Shown: positions 36,049 through 40,151 of the stretch, piece by piece
How the letters are laid out: each line of letters begins with the position of its first letter
Position numbering within the stretch: the stretch's first letter is position 1
Assembly: GCF_001194135.2 (NCBI RefSeq)
Contig: NC_068985.1
Coordinates: 123,255,256 to 123,295,406, forward strand
Source of the DNA: Octopus bimaculoides
Taxonomy: Eukaryota
Direction of reading: 5' to 3'
Length of the DNA stretch: 40,151 nt
Program-made: the position numbers and the translations under genes
Notes under the pieces: generated by a model
Databases searched by the model: none
What the model saw: the letters and a program-made list of their open reading frames with translations, nothing else
Told to the model about the DNA's origin: nothing

Positions 36049-37369
36049 ATGATGGTAGAGGGGATGAGAAGCAGGAGGAGCAAGAGATATAGAAAGGTTA
36101 GATGAGGGACGGTAGTAATAGCGATGACCACAACAACAATGACGATAATGAAATAAAGACAATGACACTAATGATGATGATGATGATGATGATGATGAGA
36201 ACGATAGCAAAACCACAACGATGCTAATTATTATCAACCACGTGTTGGAACAACGGCTATCAACGATAGAAGTTTAAACACCAGCAATAAAACGGCAGTA
36301 ACAAACCAAACAAGGGTCGCCATCGGAGCCAGAATTATCATGACCAGAACCATCAGAACCTCATCGACAGCATTCCGATCATACTCACCAGCAGCATCGA
36401 TATCGCAATCCTCCTCCTCATCATCTTCTTCACCACCACCACCACCACCACCACCACCACCAAAAACAACAACATCACCACCACCACCACCACCATGTGA
36501 TCATCATCATCATCATCATCACCGTCGTCATTGTCATTGCAAGCATCGTCGCCACCTCCAGTACAAGCTGTAGCAACACCACCACCACCATAACAGCCAC
36601 CTCCACCATGACGACGATGAGATCAACAACAACAACAACACCAACAGCACCAATGCTAATGCGAAGGTGAAGAATGCCATCAAGAGTCGTCTGCAGTAGG
36701 ACGCCACCATTACCTGCGCAAGGTGTTGAGTACGTTTGTCGTAGGTCGTCTCCGGTACTGGAACTAAGCTCTGTATTAATCAGCTTACGCGTTCGTAGTT
36801 GCCATGGCACTAACGAAATTAATGCCATCGCCTCCTCTTTTCTTAGTCTACGTCTCATCGTTGTTGGTGGTTTTGTGTCTTAACAATGCTCTTCGCCAGT
36901 TTTCGTCTCTTTCCATTCTCTTTTCCGTTTGCAAATCTCTCTTCTTCTTCTTCTTCTTTTTTTCTTCATCATCTTTTTCTTCTTCTTCTTCTTCTTCTTC
37001 TTCTTCTTCTTCTTCTTCTTCTTCTTCTTCTTCTTCATCATCTTTTTCTTCTTCTTCTTTTTTCTTCATCATCTTTTTCTTCTTCTTCTTCTTCTTCTTC
37101 TTCATCATCTTTTTCTTCTTCTTCTTCTTCTTCTTCTTCTTCTTCTTCTTCTTCTTCTTCTTCTTCATCATCTTCTTCTTCTTCTTCTTCTTCTTCTTCT
37201 TCTTCTTTTTTTTTTCTTCATCATCTTTTTCTTCTTCTTCTTCTTCATCATCATCTTCTTCTTCTTCTTCTTCTTCTTCTTCTTCTTCTTCTTCATCATC
37301 ATCATCATCTTCTTCTTCATCATCTTCTTCTTCTTCTTCTTCTTCTTCTTCTTCTTCTTCTTCCTCCTC

Positions 37370-37464
<95 letters not shown>

Positions 37465-37483
37465 ACTGCTGCTGCTGCTGCTG

Positions 37484-37529
<46 letters not shown>

Positions 37530-37548
37530 AACTGCTGCTGCTGCTGAT
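35840..37548. repeat. About 1.7-kb cluster of trinucleotide repeats (GAT/GGT/GCT, CAC/CAT/CAA, CTT/CAT, CTA/CTG) with cryptically simple spacers
   Basis: Direct reading; explains all homopolymer ORFs between 35715 and 37751. Confidence 0.92.
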
Positions 37549-38280
37549 ATAGATTGCTGAACGTTTATGTTTACAAATGTGGAGAAAATTGCAAAGCAGG
37601 AAGTATTGTGAAATACACACACACACACACACACATGCACAAACAAACACATACATACATTTGCGCATATTTGCACATATATACATATAATACAACGTAA
37701 TGTAATGTAATATAATAATATATACACGTGCACACATGTATGTATATACATGTGCGTAAGCTAATTGAAAACTACTGTTCTGCTAGAAGCTTCCACTGCT
37801 TCTGAAACCCATATAAACAGAAGAAATATGAAAGAAATATTTCTATGGCGAACATGCAAATTTTTTCCCCGCCATGCAATTGTAACATGCCTAACATCTA
37901 CCTCTTAAATTTATGTCTTCTTAAAAATGTATTTTATTGAAGTGAAGGCTCTGTTGCAGATAGTAGCGGGAAAATTTATAGGGCCAATTGAAAATCCTTT
38001 TTAAAACGAATTCTCAAAATATTTGTACTCCTTTTATACACTCATAAAAAACTCTTTACTATTCTAATATATCTGGAATATAAACGATGATAATATTAAC
38101 AACCATGATATAGTTTGGTCCATCATAGAATACCCTAATATCAATTATCCCTGAAGGCACAATCTCTGAACCTGGAATAACATAACAATCTGTTGCAGCC
38201 TTACTAGCTTTTAATAAATTATCTGAATTAGTGACTTCTCGCAGACATTCCAATTGCATATATTTTGAGTTTACTAAACA

Positions 38281-38491
38281 GGCGAGGTGGCAGAAACGTT
38301 ACCATGCCGGGCAAAATGCTTAGCGGTATTTCGTCTGTCTTTACGTTCTGAGTTCAAATTCCGCCGAGGTCGACTTTGCCTTTCATTCTTTCGGAGTCGA
38401 TAAATTAGGTACCAGGTACGTACTGGGGCCGATCTAATCGACTGGCCCCCTTCCCCAAAACTTCAGGCCTTGTTACCTAGAGTAGAAACGA
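38281..38491 (+). mobile_element. Young SINE family A copy with a perfect 18-bp target-site duplication
   Basis: A-box-like ggtggcagaaacgttacc, B box gttcaaattcc (38352-38362), TSD atatattttgagtttact at 38258-38275 and 38492-38509. Confidence 0.95.
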
Positions 38492-39086
38492 ATATATTTT
38501 GAGTTTACTGAGAAATTTCCACCAAACTGAATTTCCGGTACATGCCTTTTGCATACTTGGACGGATCGCCCCCTAGTTCAAAAATCTTTTAATTTTCATC
38601 AACGTTAATACTTCATCCATAAAAGTAAAGTAATTTCTCTTGCTCACATAATGTCCTGTGCATCATATTTTAGAAATGGAAATTCTGTGTGTTCTGTACA
38701 TTTACTACTCGTTAGGTGATATTATCGGCGTGCTTCGGCATATGCTAATGAATAGATGAGAATGTGAAGCGCTTCCAACCTAATTTTTTTCTGCAACTAA
38801 CCAAATACGGAAATACTCTTAACTAATACTATCACGGTATGTTTTAGAAAATTTTCTTGTATATTCTCACGCTGCAACTCTTCCGCGATTGCTTGAAAAA
38901 CAGAAAAGTTTAACTCAGAGTTATGACACAAGAGAGTATCACATACATGATATATTGAGTGCAACACTCCAATTGCCTGTGTATATATATTCACGATTTG
39001 AAAAGATATTGATGTGTACTCGTATGTGTACGAGTATAAATCTATCTATCTATCTCCATTTATATATGTGTGTCTTTGTATGTATG

Positions 39087-39130
<44 letters not shown>

Positions 39131-39339
39131 NNNNNNNNNNNNNNNNNNNNNNNNNNNNNNNNNNNNNNNNNNNNNNNNNNNNNNNNNNNNNNNNNNATAT
39201 ATATATATATACAGAGTGCGATGGATAGATTGTCATTTTATATTTTTAATTTCGAGCAGGTATATTGTTTGTTTTTGATGTTATTTACTACATAGTACAG
39301 TAGGGTCAGTTGGGCACCGTCTTTGAGAAAAACACCACT

Positions 39340-40084
39340 ATGGCGCATTTCACTCTGCCAGAAATTTGGAAACGACATGCTGTACTGCTTGGCATTCGCG
39401 CCGGAAGTTCCGATAAGAACATTTCAGAGTGTCTGGATGTCAATCTGAGGGCAGTGCAGATGACTGGGGAAGGGTTAGATTAGTTTAATGGTGATTACGA
39501 AGGTACGGCAGCTCGGAAAACTCAATCCTGAATTTGTTGGTGAGATCCAGCCCGTGATTAACAATGATCCCTCCAAAGGATATGGGAGCGTCTGAGTTTC
39601 TTATCAAGCAGGTAGTGCATGAAGACGATCGATATTCTTCATACAAGATGAGAAAGGACCAATTTTTATCCCAAGCCATCAAGGACAAGAGGAAAGACCA
39701 CGCTACGAAGCTTTTGAACAAACTCAAGCATCCCCTCCAATCGAAAATGCTTTGTTTTTTCACAGACAAGAAAAGTTTCAGCCAAGATCAGAGGGTGAGC
39801 ACACAAAACAACCGTTGGTTTGCCGTGTCCACAAAACATGTACCGAGAATGATAAAATTCAACGTCTGGCTACCTTACTTCCAGGACTGCAACCTCTTTT
39901 ATTATGTGTGGGTCGCAATTGAGCGAGAGACCAACAAAACTCTTGTAACACCAAAGATGATCTGAAGGCAAGGATTATGGCAGCATTCACCAACTTAAAC
40001 TAGGAGACCGTCCAGAAGAGCTGCAGGAGATTCCGAAGTTGTCTGGAGGCCGTGGTTGAAGCCAATGGCGATTTTATTAAATAA
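39340..40084 (+). mobile_element. Tc1/mariner-superfamily transposase pseudogene, maT/DD37D-like, with internal deletions
   Basis: MAHFTLPEIWKRHAVLLGIRAGSSDKNISECLDVNLRAVQ (HTH region), VVHEDDRYSSYKMRKDQFLS..KLLNKLKHP..FFTDKKSFSQDQRVSTQNNRW (first-D region), then a direct jump to NVWLPYFQDCN..YYVWVAIERETNK (WPPNSPDCNP-like) and NTKDDLKARIMAAFTNLN*ETVQKSCRRFRSCLEAVVEANGDFIK*. TIRs were not identified; the element may run past the window end. Confidence 0.88.
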
Positions 40085-40151
40085 ATTTATTTTTTAGTAT
40101 TTCAAGATATCTATATGCAATTTTGGGATATATATCTTTTAAAATGAGATG

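Noticed and set aside
36804-37751. Long poly-S/F/L/K/Y ORFs
   Set aside because: They are translations of triplet repeats in several frames, with no domain content.

Overview
This is eukaryotic, AT-rich, microsatellite-dense animal DNA with 11 assembly gaps. The SINE families and repeat landscape match what I recall of octopus (coleoid cephalopod) genomes; that assignment is an inference, not a database result. I recognise no intact host protein-coding gene, rRNA, tRNA or CRISPR array, and nearly every ORF in the supplied track is a translation of microsatellites or Ns. The recognisable content is decayed mobile DNA. It includes a Helitron PIF1-helicase remnant (3901-5206, -) and five remnants of R4/Dong-type non-LTR retrotransposons with a restriction-like endonuclease (RLE). 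Three of these sit in or next to (TAA)n tracts. Two form a tandem pair embedded in (ACAT)n. One retains both ends but lacks the entire RT through an in-frame deletion. Also present are about a dozen tRNA-derived SINE copies of two families, a mariner N-terminal fragment, an internally deleted maT/DD37D-like transposase, two long fold-back (palindromic) elements, several local duplications and large compound microsatellites. The most system-like signal is the set of microsatellite-targeting RLE retrotransposons with apparently different repeat specificities, stacked inside microsatellites and a SINE tail.
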